From Botryllus schlosseri (taxonomy: Eukaryota), in assembly GCA_051294905.1 (NCBI GenBank), contig CM119372.1, forward strand, positions 19,594,001 through 19,658,000: a stretch of 64,000 nucleotides of DNA, written 5' to 3'. The notes beneath the pieces were generated by a model, which did no database searches, was not told the DNA's origin, and saw only the letters and a list, made by a program, of their open reading frames with translations. Shown piece by piece: positions 1 to 14,541 of the stretch. The position numbers were made by a program, and so were the translations under genes. How positions within the stretch are numbered: the first letter of the stretch is position 1; every line of letters starts with the position of its first letter.

Positions 1-365
1 GCTTTGGGATAAGTCAGTATCACTTTTTTCCGAGTGAAATAGGCATAAGAACAACCACGTGAAATCAACCCCCGTGTCATATTGAACTAAATAGGCATAC
101 ACTTTCGAAGATTAAAGCTTTGCGTATCGTCATTTGATGTTAGTGGCGAAGATACATCATCCAATTTCGAAAAGTAGCCACCTTCGATTAACTGTTAAAG
201 TATGCGTCCCTCTACTGAACTGCTAGAGTCCTTTTCATTTTCTACCCTAAGTAGTTTTGTCATACTTGGAAATTTGTTACTACAACTTGAGTAGCTACGT
301 TGACTGCTTCAACCCTACGCTGATCAAGCAGCACTTGCAGGGCGAGATTGAAGAAAAAAACTCGC

Positions 366-3300
366 CTGATGAAACAAATCCACAGAGCATATCAAGGTCT
401 CCGAAGGTAGCGCTAACGTCGCCATCTCCACCGCTTTCATGTAGGAAAAAGCCCCTGAAGCCGCATCGATCCACCTTTGACAGAACACAGGATTAAAATC
501 AGTCGTCCTCTGCTGAAGATTCCATCCGAGAATGCGGTTCCTACCTCAGAGATAGCTTAGGATATTTCTGCTTGTACAGGTTCAACAGAGTCAGGGTCTC
601 GGAAGACTTCTCGTCGAATTGCTTCCCACCTGAGACGTTGGCTTTGCCAGAGTCATACAGGATCGCCAGCAATCCCACGTTTTGCGGTTGATCGGCCGAC
701 ATCGAGGCCTGCAATTGAAAGAATGACAATCCTCTATACATCTCATGCTCAGTCCTCACAGACCGCCAAATCATGAGGTAGATATCCATGGCACAGCACC
801 GGAGGTGGTCAGTAACGAAGTACTCAACTATTTCGGAGTGCTCAAGTACCTTTTGCGTAATGGCACTACTTACTCGGGTGGTGCTGTTTTTAGACTGCTT
901 CTACTGGAAAAGATTGTTATCATAAACGACATACTTTTTAACTTTTTTTACACTTTGAATAAGTTAACAGAAAGTACCAAAATGTTCGGCGGCCTCAATA
1001 TTAGTAGTTTTGTGCAATAATGATCGTCTGTCACTGGAATGCCAGACTTAGACCCAGAACAGTCCTCCATAAAGACATTTACCAACGATGCAGCGCCACC
1101 GACGCTTTGGTATAACCTGGACGGAAAATCGAATCCGCTCACCTGTTCAAACATCTGCATGAAATCTGCAAAGTTACGGTCGGCCTCCTGCATCGGTAAA
1201 ACAAACGTCACTTTCGTGCTAGCCGCGTCTCGCGCTCCGAACGCCATCACTCGCGAATAGGGCTGGTTGACGCAAACGGTGCCCACCTGGAAGTAACCAA
1301 GTTGATAAACCAAACCTGACAGCTGACAGTGGCCGGTAACAACATAACTATACAGAAGAGACTTTTTGGTGTACACAAGTCTTACGCTCTTACACAACAT
1401 TCACATTGAAAAAATAGGGTTAGCTTTGGGCTAACACTCATACGGGACAATCGTCAGCAAATGAAGACAAGAATTCCTTAAGCTGACACAAGCATGGCTG
1501 GCGGATTTTAATCAAGGTGTGGGCGGCCTCTCCTGACTGCAGAACATCTTTTGTCAATATAGTTGTTAGAGGAGTTCATACCCATGGCCTGATCTCTGCT
1601 GAAGCCTCAACTTCAAATGACTCTTACTAAACAAGGGTCACCGACACGCCGCCCGCAAGGTCATATTTTGTGGCCCGCGGCATGATTTTAGATTTCGGAA
1701 GAACGCTTAATAAGGCATTTCATAGTGCGGAAACTGATTTCAGTTTAAAAATAATGTTGTTGTTGCTCAAAATAAGCTATTCGCTTGTGTCAAGCATCAC
1801 TATTCCTCACTAGCTGACGTATCTTCGACAATGGTAATAGAAATTCAGGAAGGTAGATATGCATTATGCAATGGCTCAGACAATGCCAATACGGAGAGTC
1901 GGAGACGCTTAGAAAACGACTTGGCGCTACCCACAAGATCAAGCTCCATGACGAGATATAGTTTTCCAGCAAGTGCCGTGTCTAGCTGACTCCAATATCG
2001 AATCTTTAGTCACTGAAAAGTGTTGCCATGTATTGTTTAACACATAATAAAAGTGATGATCGTGAAAGTGATTTATAATATTTGTATTTCTTTGATAAAA
2101 TATATTTCTTGCGGTAACTATGGCTATGCCCGTCGCCCATGTTAGAGACAACAGCGCTGTACCGTAGTAGTCTTAAAAATGTGATTGTTCAACTATGTGG
2201 CCTCTTATCTCGATATTGAATTCATGCGGCCCATCCTTCTCAGTTTGCACTCATACAGATACGTTTTTCAGGGACGACGCAGCAGGCATTACCCCACACA
2301 TTTCTATCGCCGTAAGCTTCTTGACCAGCACGCAGGAGTGAACAGTAACAACATTTTCAAGTACCCCAGTAGGAATTAACTGCTCCAACTAATTGGCTAC
2401 TTGCACTGATTTGAGCGGTTGTGATTTTACTCAGACTTGACGGTTTTCATTTATTTAAGCAAACTAGGCCTAGAATACTTCACTCACTGGGAAATCACCG
2501 CCGGGACGAGGTGGCTTCTAGTCGAGTTACTTCTACAACAAATAGTTATGATTTCAGACTATCTCTACTTCTACACAAGTTTTCAGTTTTTTAGTCAAAA
2601 CTGGGACCAGAAACACTTGGAAATTACTAGTACTGCTTGTACTCGGGTGCGAAATAACGATATCACTTTTACCAGAGTACCGACGTCCAACGATGACTAC
2701 TTTGATCACCTCAGCCAGTACGTCGGGCGATCGCGCATCTCAACCAGGCAATAAACATAAAAACAAATTGCAAAAAAACCCATGCTCACATCCTCTTCAT
2801 TCCGCATTAGGTGAGCCCGATATTCAACCCCCACCCCTGGCACCACTCTGCGAAGCACCGTTCCGACGTTCATATCATCATCCGTATCTTCATCGTTTAG
2901 TAATTCCGTTTCCTAGCCGCAAAAATATTCGGAGTTGCTAAGAAATTGAGTTGCCAAAGTCAGTTGGCGAGATGAGTACCGTCGCGTGTTTCAACGCAAT
3001 CTTTTTGGCGTCGTCGAGAGCGATATAATCGTGTCCGACGAGAGTGCGTGTTGGTTCCGGTTGATTAGCCGACGACACGATCTCGTTCCCTTTAGCCTTC
3101 CCTTCCGTTTCCTTCTCAATCACGTCCCACGATATGATATCACGGTGATGGTATCTGGAATGCAGAGATATGATAATGTAAATAATGTGGCCCGCAGATC
3201 TAGTCTGCCTAGATTCCCCACTACTTGCTTAAAGTCAAGTATTGGTGACTGTGTGTTATATACGTGCGTGTGAGATTGGAGCTTATGCGTAAGTTCGTCG

Positions 3301-6300
3301 AAGCGAGACTTGCAATACCGGCAATTATGATGTACTCACATCCAATGAATTAATATCTTGGTTAATTTTGGGTGCCGAGGTTAACGAACGCCTTGAAATC
3401 TTAATTAAGGATTGCACCGTGTGTTAATTGATTAGTGAGAAGCAGACATGTCGGCGCCTGTATGACAATGTTGTTCTCAAATACACATTGTCTTAGTCAT
3501 TTATCGGCGAGAAATGGCTTTGAAGTGACATTGCTGTCGTTAAAATACATTTATTAAATACGATTTATTCCTTGTATATGAGAATAAATGGGCGAATAAT
3601 GTATCGATTCAGCAATCCCGCCCGTCAAGTACTTAATTTTCCTATACCGGCCGGCCGACTGGAGAAGTTGCCCGCCCCTGACTTAGATCATTCAAATGTC
3701 AAGTTGTAACTATGGCCTATCTCCAAATTGCAAAACCATTTCTTGCAGTGACATGAGTTTTAAAAACAATTACAAATTCAAAAGAAAATCATAAAAACAC
3801 GCGCTCGCAAAACCTCAATATCCATCAGATTGATTCATCAACCGAAAACCATCCACACCACACATAATCGTACAATTCGAGAACATAGTAACAACTCACT
3901 TATTTTCGTTACCATCCCTGCCCAACACAAGTCGATCATCTGGCATGCCCCCCTCTTTAACCAAGACACGATCCATGTTTTGCACGATCGAATAGTAATA
4001 TTCGTTCATTCTGAAATAATGTTGCATCTGCATCGACTGATTACATTTGAAAAATCGAGGGGGGGGGGGGGGGAGTTGCACAAACCCCACTTGCAAGTCA
4101 AACATGAAAAGCAAACAACATTGACATTTGAATCTTGAAAGCAATCGTTCACGATTGAACTTTTGCATCATTCGTATCTACTTGTTTAAAGCAATGACAT
4201 ACTAGGGTAAATTTCAGACCTCACATTTTCGACTTCTACTTCTACAAGCAATTTTACTTGTATTGAGGAGAAATTTGACCATGCATGAAAACGAGTGACA
4301 GCCGGGGAACAATGGTTACAGATTGGCTCATTAACAATCCTGCTATCAACAGTTTGGGTAGTCAAGTTTTGAAATACTGAAAAGCTGTCAGGCAAGAAAA
4401 TACTCCAAGGATGGCGGTGAGATAAAAAACCTTGACACCTAAGCAGAACTTTGATAAATCCCAGGCTTTCGACAACAATTCAGCATCACTGACTCATTCA
4501 ACACTAATTTCTACACATTCTTACAACCCGGATTTTACATGGGATTTTATGCAACACTTCTACTCTGATACTTGCTTATTAAGCCGCAGCAGCATAGTCC
4601 CGATGATAAGGAACACGGGCTCACTACTTTGAACACTAAATATCCTAGAAATCGGCCATTCGCACCTCAACGTATGATTCAATTGCCGTTCGATGAAGTA
4701 CTGATGCAGAATGTACAACATCGTTTCGTCAACAACAGGATGGACGGTGAGGCTGTCTTCGAAAGGACGCGGTGAGGCGTACGGATCCGGCAGAAAATCA
4801 GTCGAGTAGAAAAGAGCGTGCGCCTACGCGAAACAGGAATGACGAATCAACAAAAATTTCCAGCGACAAACATGGCATCCGAATCATACGGGATCTAGGA
4901 TTCTCTCCGCTGCAATTGATTACGAAAGTGGCGTAGAGACACTTACAGAAGGAGACTGATGGCCTTACTTGTTGGGGTAAGGCTGTAAAAAATGGTATTC
5001 GCGACAATAAAGATCCTACCCGTCTACAAAGTAATTGACAGCAATTGGATGGCCAGCAAGCAAAACCCAACATACAAAAAGCATGCCTCCAACCAAGTGA
5101 AGTTCCTAAACTTTCTGAAATTGCACTGCTCACTAATTGATAGGGCTGGGCAGTGGCACCATGATGAGAGTACTCGCGTCCAAGTCACGTATCAATTGTA
5201 ATGATCAGAGTCAAGTTCTCCGAGTAACGAAATATGCACCTTCTCCTCACTGTGGGAGCCCTGTAACCTGTTGACCGCAACTCAGCATCTCAAACATGTT
5301 ACACAGCCTTATTAATATTCATGGAAATGACATTTATGGGATTAGTGATCGATCCGTGGTATGAGTATAGCGACTGGCGAGCAATACTTGAATACTCGAC
5401 TCAGAATCGAACCATTCGGGTTCTCTATTTCACCAAGCCATTTGCTTGTATGTAAGAAGTACGACCAAACGAACGGCATTAAAAATAACCCAATGAACCT
5501 ACCCTGACAGACTTGGTACAGCTGACGTTCAAGAAACGCTTGAAACAACGGGCGAGCTCGTACCCGGGTCTCTCGTACTCGCGATTGTAGAGCTTCTCGC
5601 AAACTTTAAGATGCGGACACAAGCCCTGCATGCTCCTCCTGGACAAGATAAAACCCGAACCGGAGAGGCAATAGAAGTCGGGATCGTTGTTATAATGCCG
5701 TTGCTGTGGAGATCTGTAGGCGCCGTGGCCTGAACGCAAAATGCCGCTCCCATGAGTAATTTGGATATTATGCAGCCTTGAAAAAATGCAACATTGCAGA
5801 CTATTGCAAAATGCCAAGGGTCAAAACAAGACTTGGTATACTGTACTGAGCATGTTCAATTGAAAATCTAACGAGACACACTGAGAAGTTGAATTTCCTA
5901 ATACAGCGGTTCTTGAAACTCTTAACAGTCATGAACACCTTCCGAAGAAATATGTAGCTTACCTACCCTATCTATCTATATCAGTGATTCCCAAGTGCGG
6001 CCCCGAGGGCCGCATGCGGCCCCCAAAATATATTAAGAAATCGATTTATGACAAAAAATAAAATTTATATTTATAATATACTTTTGCTTGACTTGGCCTC
6101 TGTAGTTTTTAATTATAGAATTGCAGGAAAGTTGTGAGTATAGACTGCTAACGTTACGTCACTGCTGTTTCAATGCAGAGCCCTAACTTTCCAGTTGAAC
6201 GAGCAGTAGCTATAGATTTAAATAGGTATTGATAACTTTCAAAGCCTGAGGAAAATCCTGAAAAAATGGTAAATTTTTTCCACTTCGTGGTCGCTTGACT

Positions 6301-9300
6301 AAAAAAGAAAAAGAGGCTTAACTCCCGGAAAATACAGTTTTTCTTTCACATTAACAAGTGGTTGACTGAAAAAAATGGTCAACTTTCCGGTCCAGCTCCG
6401 GAAATAGTCGGCGAAGCGTTCCTAAAGTACTGACTTAATATCAGTCGAATTTGGCCCTATATGTAACCAAAATCCTCAATAAAGAAGATATAATCTCAAA
6501 AAAAGAAGACATTTGGGTGTCATCCAAGGAATCTTTAAAAAAAATCAAAAAAGAGGACAAATCATCTTAAAAGAGGACGTATGGTAATCCTATGATAACT
6601 AGATGTAGAACACGGGACTCACGGTTGAATACGCCGAGATGCATACTGCTTAGCCGGATAAAAGCAGCATAATTGGTAGTCCTATAGTCACGGCCGTAAC
6701 TGCCGCACCGCGAACCCCCCAATTGAGGGGGGCCGAGCTCGAAGGGGGCCCAAAATTATTTCGTGAATTAGCATAAATAATAGAGTAATTTTTGAAAATT
6801 TATGCGAAGTTTTTGAAAATTTTCGCGCTGTGCGCGATTTCAATTCGCCGCATAACATGATTATTGGGTAGGCTACTCTTCCCCAAGAAAAATACGCAAA
6901 ATTTATAGAAAAGGGCATATCATCGTTGGCCATGACCGCACCACAACGTACCAAGACATATAAATTTTTAGGCCATGTAACATGTGACTCCAAGAAGTGT
7001 GTTAGAACGATCGGCAGCGAGAAAGCCATGGCCGTAAAGGAGTGCTTTTATGCTGACCAAAAACTTCGTTATATATACAAAATACATATAGGTTTAATTG
7101 TCCATATAGGCGCCTAAATGACTGGCGCCGAATGTTCTTGTCTTGGCAATCTGAACCTCACAAGACAAATACCATCCCGCAGGAAAGAAAATTATATGCC
7201 AGCGAACAAATACCAATCTGAAATCGTGTGATCTTTCAGTTTAGTAGGTTTGGGCAATTCTACATTTTTTGATATAGCAAACAGGAGGTCACGAAATAAC
7301 ATCATGTAAAGAAGTCATACCTGGGGGTCCGCCCGCCCGATGATAGAATTTTACGGGGTCGGCAGTTTCAAAGACATATCTCACTCAGCTATACCGGTAA
7401 ATCTGATTACGTGGGCAAAGAGGACGACCATGCAATTCCTGATCTTATTCATCGATTTTATCATGAATTATCGAAATATTCGAGTGTCGCACTGCCTCAC
7501 TAAACAGTACAACTTCAATTTCGTGGCAAAAGCGAACAACGTGATGCGGGGTCAGTTTATCACCCTATGGGAGCCCGGGGTCCTGACGAAGTGCTGTTAC
7601 GTTCCTGTCAACGGCCTATACCCCAGAGATGTTTGATTACTATTGATGGGGCCTATACCTTTTCAAACACACCGCACTCAGCTCTACCGGTAAATCAGAT
7701 TACGTGAACAGAGACAGGATGAAAATTGATAGCAATACATGCAATTCCCGATTCAGTCATGAAAGTAAAGAAATTTCCGCGCATCGCGCGTTTAGGCGAG
7801 AAAAGCTGATTCTCTCAACGGACACCCAATACAGCAGATAAGTAGTGCTAAACAGTGTACAGTTTTGAAATATCGCCAGGGCAATAAAACTACTCCGAAA
7901 TAGACATGATGACTGTTTGGGTCCGTTTCATAGCCGTAGTATTCGTGCGGCCCCGACCGTACTCTGAAATTCTAAATTTGGCCCTCACACCGAAAAAGTT
8001 TGGGAACCACTGATCTATATTGCAGTCAAATATTATTACAGAGTCATCAAATAGAAACTTGAATGTAGTGGCAAACAGTTGGTGAGATAAACGCCACAAA
8101 AAAATCACGACAACGGAAATTTCACAGTCCTGGAATAGTTTTTGATTTAGAATGTCTAATACAACCAAACAAAATAGATTAAGTCTTTGCACTTATTCAA
8201 TAAATAATGTGCACCACAGTTGGAAACAACTGCCTAATAATAATGAATAGCCCATCAGGGAACACACATAAAATATGAATCATGTTTCAATCCAGCAACA
8301 CCAAAGTGTCAAAAATACTCTCGGTCTCAGCCGAGCCAGCCAGGCACCAGTTAATCTTACCGATCCATACGACTTTAGAGTCGTTCAGATGCATTGTGAA
8401 GTTCAACAAGTCTGACGCGCTGACGTAAGTGTTCCCGTGAGAGACGAAATAAAAATGATGCGTATCGACGTATTGGCTGCAGATATCGTTCAGAACCTGG
8501 TACAGCATGCTCGGCGATGGAAGATCGGGTAGCCTCGAGACACCTTAATATGAGACAGAATCAAGTTCTGTTGTACAATAACAAGATAAATAATCACTAT
8601 ACCAGACAAAGATTGATAATTGAACCCGTTTACTTTAGGAGTTTCATACTGCAAGACAGAGTAGAACGTCAAGTCTCCCACATGTTCTCTGCCCCAAGCT
8701 GAAAATTTCAGGATCTAATGTTAGTCGGTAAAACATGGATCTGTTAATAGCGAACTTACATTCACCCCACGAATTAGGTATCAGCTTTGATATCCGTTGC
8801 GTTAACGGGGAAAAATTAACGATGCCAATAAATAACTTCTTTTTAAATTGCAATTCGCTCGACAAATACGCTGGAATTCTTTTTGACGATGGATTTATGT
8901 CCCAATCCAAGCTCTGTACAAAAATCAGCAACTCGTAACACTGCTCGAAAATCTGTTATCAACTTACAGAACATTTAATCATTAACACATTAAGCATTGG
9001 ATTTGTATACTCGATCCACATCAACTTTGTCACAGTACGACAAGCCTTGTATTATCAATGAAATAATACAGCCAACTGTGTCCTTAATAGAATTACTGAC
9101 CTGAACAACAGGAGGTTCGGGGTTGACTTCTATTGGTATCGTTTTATTATCAACGATATCTTCATTGTTTAGACTCCCAGCATTATTTTCTGCAAAGCAT
9201 GAAATTAATAAGAAACACAACTGCACAAAACAACTCGGGCCCAAATGTAGGCCTGCAAACACCAGAGGAAGTACTAGTAGCCATCGTTTGTACTCGGGCG

Positions 9301-10279
9301 GAAGTAGCGTACTAGCGTTGTAAATACAAGTCGAAAGTCCACATAAAAAGTAATTATTCTAGGCCTAGATTTGCCTAAAATACTGAAAAAATGCTAAGTA
9401 GAAGTGGAAGTAGTCCAAAATCATAACTAGAATGAAGAAGCACATGACGGTATGAGTGTTATCTATGACAAAAACATAATCCGGTAGGCCTACTCTTTAC
9501 AGCGGCTTGTCTTAAACCAGCTCGAGTTGCATCTTGAGGGTGGACTGGCCAAGTTAGCCTTGGATACGGGTTTGAAATGCAGTTATTGAGATTACTGCAG
9601 TTTCATCACAATTTACATGCCAAGTCTGTATAGGCACATATATCATGAATGTGAATGGTAATCATGCAAAAACAGGAATTTCATGATAATTGAATAATAA
9701 TAATAAGCTTACCTATTTGAATGTCTGCTGCAAAATTTCTCAAATTATTCTGGGAATCTCCGATTTTCAGAGAACCATCTGCGTTGATAGATATATGGGG
9801 AAATATATAGCGCGAGCTCAGAGGTAAAAATAGAATCGCCGACAACAGCACTCCAAAACCCAGCCCTGAAAGAAATTACATTACTATGCAGAAAAAAAGC
9901 AATTCATGATGACCTTAAATTCATGGCTAAAGATGTGCTGAAGCAGCTGCTTCGGTATATTAAGTTGGATAACCTATATCAGTCGAGTCAACTTGAGTAC
10001 ACACGAGTCAACTATATAATGTGCAACATTGGGAAAATACTGAAACGACGGGCTAGTGTTTCATCTTTTATCTGTCAACTATTATAATTGAGCTGTTATC
10101 CATAAACTTTATAATTGATGATAATATCCCTACGGGACATTGGTACGGTATTCAAAAAGACCTACTTGTTTTTGTTGATGGAAATTGTCAAATTTAATTA
10201 TATGAACTTTAGAATACTCACCAGCAAAAAATGGGAATGTCACACTTCTATTGGCTACCAAGGTTGAAGAATTTGTCAT
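366..10279 (-). CDS. CHPF: Chondroitin polymerizing factor (CHPF/CHPF2-like) glycosyltransferase, 14 coding exons visible, 3' end beyond the left edge
   Basis: Exons (minus): 10279-10222, 9865-9713, 9189-9101, 8913-8760, 8698-8603, 8543-8361, 5729-5503, 4823-4666, 4010-3900, 3154-2980, 2912-2790, 1286-1143, 708-545, 474-366. Phases are consistent and give 648 codons. There is an N-terminal hydrophobic anchor (FFAGLGFGVLLSAILFLPL). Peptides resemble recalled CHPF motifs: YLSSELQFKKKLFIGIV, YCLSGSGFILSRRSMQGLCPHLKVC, FEDSLTVHPVVDETMLYILHQYF, RRVVPGVGVEY, TKVTFVLPMQEAD. CHPF versus CHPF2 orthology is not resolved. Confidence 0.85.
5982..8012. mobile_element. hAT (Charlie-like) non-autonomous composite element in a CHPF intron
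   Basis: Termini CAGTGATTCCCAA...TTGGGAACCACTG; flanks CTCTATAT/ATCTATAT (7/8 TSD). It contains nested repeat fragments (about 6300-6592 and 6688-7060) also found elsewhere in the window. Confidence 0.7.
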
Positions 10280-11463
10280 TGTGATAAGGCCACGTTCATT
10301 TGCTGCTACAGTTATTCAGCGACACGGCTACGAAAACATTCACCGGTGATTAAGCCTATGCTCATTGCTATCTTTGCAGCATTCACTTCAGCATCGTCCG
10401 TATTTCGCCTAGTAACAAATCAAATGGAGATTAGTAGCTACATATTTCTGCCTAGACCCGAATCTTGTTAAACTGAACACATTCATTACCCGCATAAAGA
10501 ACGAAAATATCTTTGACATCAGCTGGCAGTATAGTATAGCAGACCGCGAAGCAGAGATGAGGAGAAAATTGGTGTTTTGCAGTTTTGCCAACTCCAGAAG
10601 AACCAAAATCGCTATAAGTGGTATGAAAAATCGCTAGATGTCGCTAAATCCTCCCAAAATCGGGATTTGCTAAGCTAAGTCATAGCCTTGTTTGTAAAGA
10701 CTATGCTAAATCTAAATTTAAGCAGACTATCAATACATTATCGTCAGTTATATTATCCTCGTCAGTGTAAAAGCTCATCCATCAAATTCGCAAGGATGGA
10801 GGCAAGGAGGATGTCGAAATCCAACATCCAGCTCAGTCTAATGTAATCGTAATAGTCATCAGATTAGATCTTTTCATCCGATCAAGTCACACACAATGTA
10901 CCATTCGTACAAAAAACCCGATACGAGGGAATGAACAGATAAAAAGACGCCGAAATGACCAGTAATCCGACATCCACACCTGGCTAGAGTTCGATGTCAA
11001 TCTTTATTCAGCTGTCTATCTCTTTTAGACGCTCTGTTTTATTTTTTCCATTCTCTTCTTTGATTACCTCCTTCAACGCGTCTTATCGTTCGGGCTTTGA
11101 TTCGTAAAGACGCCGCAATGAAGAACATCAACGTAGGCAATAATATGAGCAAAACATATATCATTGGTCTTAGAGGAGGACGAATCTTCGAAAAGTGGTA
11201 CTTCCAAGAATCTGTCTGATGAGGTTTTACTTCAAAAGTGATGATGAAGTAAATGTCCCGGATATCATAGCCATTATAAAAGCTTCCATCCCTTCACCGA
11301 TCATCATCATCATAGAGCCCTTTGAAAATATATGGCCACGCTTGAATAAGTACGCGCCTTCGCTTCCGAAATCAGAAGTGGTTTTTTGTAAGCGTCGCGA
11401 TCTGATGTAAAATCGGTAGAGTTTTGTTTGAAGTGGAGTCAGCGTTCGCCGAGAATTAGAAAC
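10280..11463. promoter_or_regulatory. Probable shared bidirectional promoter and 5' UTR region between the CHPF-like and SMARCA5 genes
   Basis: The divergent start codons are about 1.2 kb apart; a minus-strand acceptor-like site near 10409 suggests a CHPF 5' UTR exon boundary. No promoter motif was identified. Confidence 0.4.
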
Positions 11464-14400
11464 ATGTCTGACAAAGAAGATTCTCGACGCTCAGATTACT
11501 CTGACAATTCCGAGGCCGAGGAAAACGATGAAGCACCAGCTCCGAAAGTTGATTCGGAGTACGCAACCAAGATGGTTCAAGATCACGGAAAACGGTTTGA
11601 TTTCCTCCTGCAGCAAACCGAGATTTTCGCTCATTTCATGAACCCAAACATAAAAACCAAATCCCCCACCAGTCCCTTGAAGATGAAAGGAAGACCGAGA
11701 TTGGTTTCCAAGGAGTCGGCACCCGGAACATCTGGCGCAAGTGCCACGGACCATCGCCATCGCAGGACTGAACAAGAAGAAGACGAAGAGCTCCTTTCTG
11801 ATGCGCGTAAATCTCAGGGGGCTATTACACGGTTTGAAGCTTCACCAAAATATATTCAAAATGGAGAAATGCGAGATTATCAAGTTCGCGGTTTAAATTG
11901 GATGATATCCTTGTACGAGAACGGCATTAGCGGGATATTGGCTGATGAAATGGGCTTGGGAAAAACTCTCCAAACTATTTCGCTGTTGGGGTACTTGAAA
12001 CATTACAGAAACATCCCCGGCCCGCACATGGTCATCGTTCCCAAGTCAACACTGCAAAATTGGGTCAATGAATTCGAGCGATGGTGTCCGTCGATTAAAA
12101 CCGTATGTCTGACCGGTAATAAAGACCAAAGAAGCGCTATAATTCGTGATGTCATGATGCCCGGGGATTGGGACGTGTGTATCACCTCGTACGAAATAGT
12201 CATTCGAGAAAAGGCCTGCTTCAAGAAGTTCAACTGGCGGTATGTTGTCATTGACGAAGCGCATCGAATCAAAAACGAACAGTCCAAATTGTCCGTAATT
12301 GTGAGACAATTCCGCAGCACCAACCGCCTTCTACTGACTGGAACTCCGTTGCAAAATAACTTGCACGAGCTGTGGGCGCTTTTGAATTTCCTTCTGCCAG
12401 ACGTATTCAACTCGTCTGAAGATTTCGACTCTTGGTTCAGCGCGAACAAACTTGACGATCAAAAGCTTGTGTCCAGGCTGCATTCTGTGTTGCGGCCGTT
12501 TCTTTTGAGAAGGCTCAAAAGCGATGTTGAAAAGAGTCTCTTGCCCAAGAAAGAGACGAAAATCTACATCGGCTTGAGCAAGATGCAACGCGAATGGTAC
12601 ACCAAGATTCTAGTGAAAGACATTGACGTTATCAACGCTGCCGGTAAAAAAGACAGAGTCCGTCTCCTCAACATTTTGATGCAGCTGCGAAAATGCACCA
12701 ATCACCCGTACTTATTCGACGGGGCTGAACCTGGTCCTCCGTACACCACGGACGTGCATCTGGTGGTGAACAGCGGTAAAATGGCTGTCCTCGATAAATT
12801 ACTTCCAAAACTGCAAGCGCAAGGAGACCGCGTGCTGATGTTCAGTCAAATGACCAGGATGCTGGATATACTTGAGGACTACGCCATGTTTCGTGGATAC
12901 AATTACTGCAGACTGGATGGTCAGACTGCGCACGTCGACCGAGATCGGCAGATACAAGAATTCAACAAGCCAGGCAGTGAAAAATTTCTGTTCATGCTCT
13001 CCACGAGAGCTGGCGGTCTCGGGATCAACTTGGCTACGGCCAATATTGTCATCCTGTTTGACAGCGATTGGAACCCGCAAGTCGACCTGCAAGCTATGGA
13101 CCGCGCGCATCGTATCGGTCAGAAAAAACAAGTCATGGTGTTCAGGTTCATCACCGAGAATACGGTGGAAGAGAGGATTGTGGAGAGGGCGGAAATGAAA
13201 TTGCATCTTGACAATATCGTCATCCAACAAGGCCGGCTTGTGAATCAGACTCAGAAGCTGGGCAAGGATGAAATGTTGAATATGATTCGGCACGGTGCGA
13301 ATCATGTGTTCGCCTCGAAAGAAAGTGAAATAACTGATGCTGACATCGACGCTATTATCGCGGTTGGCGAAAAACGCACCGTCGAAATGGAGGAGCGTTT
13401 AAAAAATCTGGGTGAGAGCGGGTTGAGAAAATTCACCCTCGACGACACCGAAGGCCCGTACTCGGTGTACAATTTTGAGGGCAAGGATTGGAAAGACAAG
13501 AACAAGGAAGGAGGGTTGCTGCCGTGGATCGAACCTCCCAAGAGAGAGCGCAAAGCCAACTATGCGGTGGACCAATATTTCCGCGAGGCTCTCAGAACCA
13601 GCGAGCCCAAAGCACCGAAAGCGCCACGACCGCCAAAGCAACCTACCGTCCAAGACTTTCAGTTCTTTCCGCCTCGTCTTTTCGAACTCTTGGAAGCCGA
13701 GATTCTGCATTACAGAGCATCGATCGGGTATAAAGTGCCTCGAGATAGCGATGGCGACCCGGAAGCCGAAAAAGAACAGCAGCGTTTGATCGACGAAGCA
13801 ACGCCGCTATCCGAAGATGAGCTTGCGGAGAAGGAGAAACTTTTGCAGTGTGGATTTACCAACTGGACCAAGCGTGATTTTAATCAGTTCATTCGTGCCA
13901 ATGAAAAGTACGGTCGCGATGATATCGAGAGCATATCCAAAGAGGTGGAAGGGAAGACGCCTCAAGAAGTGATCGAGTATTCTGCGGTGTTTTGGGACCG
14001 CTGCAACGAACTGACCGACATTGACAAGATCATGGCGCAGATTGAACGCGGCGAAGCACGCATTCAGAGAAAGATTAGCGTGAAGAAAGCGCTGGACGCG
14101 AAAGTGGCGCGCTACCGTGCCCCTTTCCACCAGCTCCGGATACAGTACGGCACCAACAAGGGGAAAAACTACACAGAGGAAGAGGACAGGTTTCTGATTT
14201 GCATGTTGCACAAGCTCGGGTTGGACCGAGAGAATGTCTACGATGAGCTGCGTGTGGCCGTACGTCACGCGCCGCAGTTTCGCTTTGACTGGTTTATCAA
14301 GTCGAGGACGGCGACTGAATTACAGCGCCGTTGTAACACGTTGATCACGCTGATCGAGAGGGAGAACCAGGAATTGGAGGAAAGGGATAAGACATCGGGA

Positions 14401-14541
14401 GGAAAGAAAAGGGGGCCGCGGGGAGGTGGGACTCCGGCGGGATCGAGGGCGTCGACGCCGTCTTCGCTAGGGGGGAGTTCGCAGAAGAGGAAGATGGACA
14501 CATCTGGCGCGAGTGCCGGGAGGAAGAAGAAGAAGGATTGA
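11464..14541 (+). CDS. SMARCA5: ISWI-family chromatin-remodelling ATPase (SMARCA5/SMARCA1-like), intronless, 1025 aa
   Basis: One open frame from ATG 11464 (the track ORF starts at an upstream TTG). SNF2 motifs [28 protein letters not shown] and [24 protein letters not shown] region ([51 protein letters not shown]); basic C-terminus. Confidence 0.97.
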   Translation: MSDKEDSRRSDYSDNSEAEENDEAPAPKVDSEYATKMVQDHGKRFDFLLQQTEIFAHFMNPNIKTKSPTSPLKMKGRPRLVSKESAPGTSGASATDHRHRRTEQEEDEELLSDARKSQGAITRFEASPKYIQNGEMRDYQVRGLNWMISLYENGISGILADEMGLGKTLQTISLLGYLKHYRNIPGPHMVIVPKSTLQNWVNEFERWCPSIKTVCLTGNKDQRSAIIRDVMMPGDWDVCITSYEIVIREKACFKKFNWRYVVIDEAHRIKNEQSKLSVIVRQFRSTNRLLLTGTPLQNNLHELWALLNFLLPDVFNSSEDFDSWFSANKLDDQKLVSRLHSVLRPFLLRRLKSDVEKSLLPKKETKIYIGLSKMQREWYTKILVKDIDVINAAGKKDRVRLLNILMQLRKCTNHPYLFDGAEPGPPYTTDVHLVVNSGKMAVLDKLLPKLQAQGDRVLMFSQMTRMLDILEDYAMFRGYNYCRLDGQTAHVDRDRQIQEFNKPGSEKFLFMLSTRAGGLGINLATANIVILFDSDWNPQVDLQAMDRAHRIGQKKQVMVFRFITENTVEERIVERAEMKLHLDNIVIQQGRLVNQTQKLGKDEMLNMIRHGANHVFASKESEITDADIDAIIAVGEKRTVEMEERLKNLGESGLRKFTLDDTEGPYSVYNFEGKDWKDKNKEGGLLPWIEPPKRERKANYAVDQYFREALRTSEPKAPKAPRPPKQPTVQDFQFFPPRLFELLEAEILHYRASIGYKVPRDSDGDPEAEKEQQRLIDEATPLSEDELAEKEKLLQCGFTNWTKRDFNQFIRANEKYGRDDIESISKEVEGKTPQEVIEYSAVFWDRCNELTDIDKIMAQIERGEARIQRKISVKKALDAKVARYRAPFHQLRIQYGTNKGKNYTEEEDRFLICMLHKLGLDRENVYDELRVAVRHAPQFRFDWFIKSRTATELQRRCNTLITLIERENQELEERDKTSGGKKRGPRGGGTPAGSRASTPSSLGGSSQKRKMDTSGASAGRKKKKD

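Noticed and set aside
4186..4395. Extra CHPF exon
   Set aside because: Exons 4823-4666, 4010-3900 and 3154-2980 already join in phase and supply the matching motifs.
11038..11164. Short hydrophobic minus-strand ORF (MIYVLLILLPTLMFFIAASLR...) as the CHPF start
   Set aside because: The downstream exons already provide a start and membrane anchor; it could be a uORF but I have no supporting evidence.
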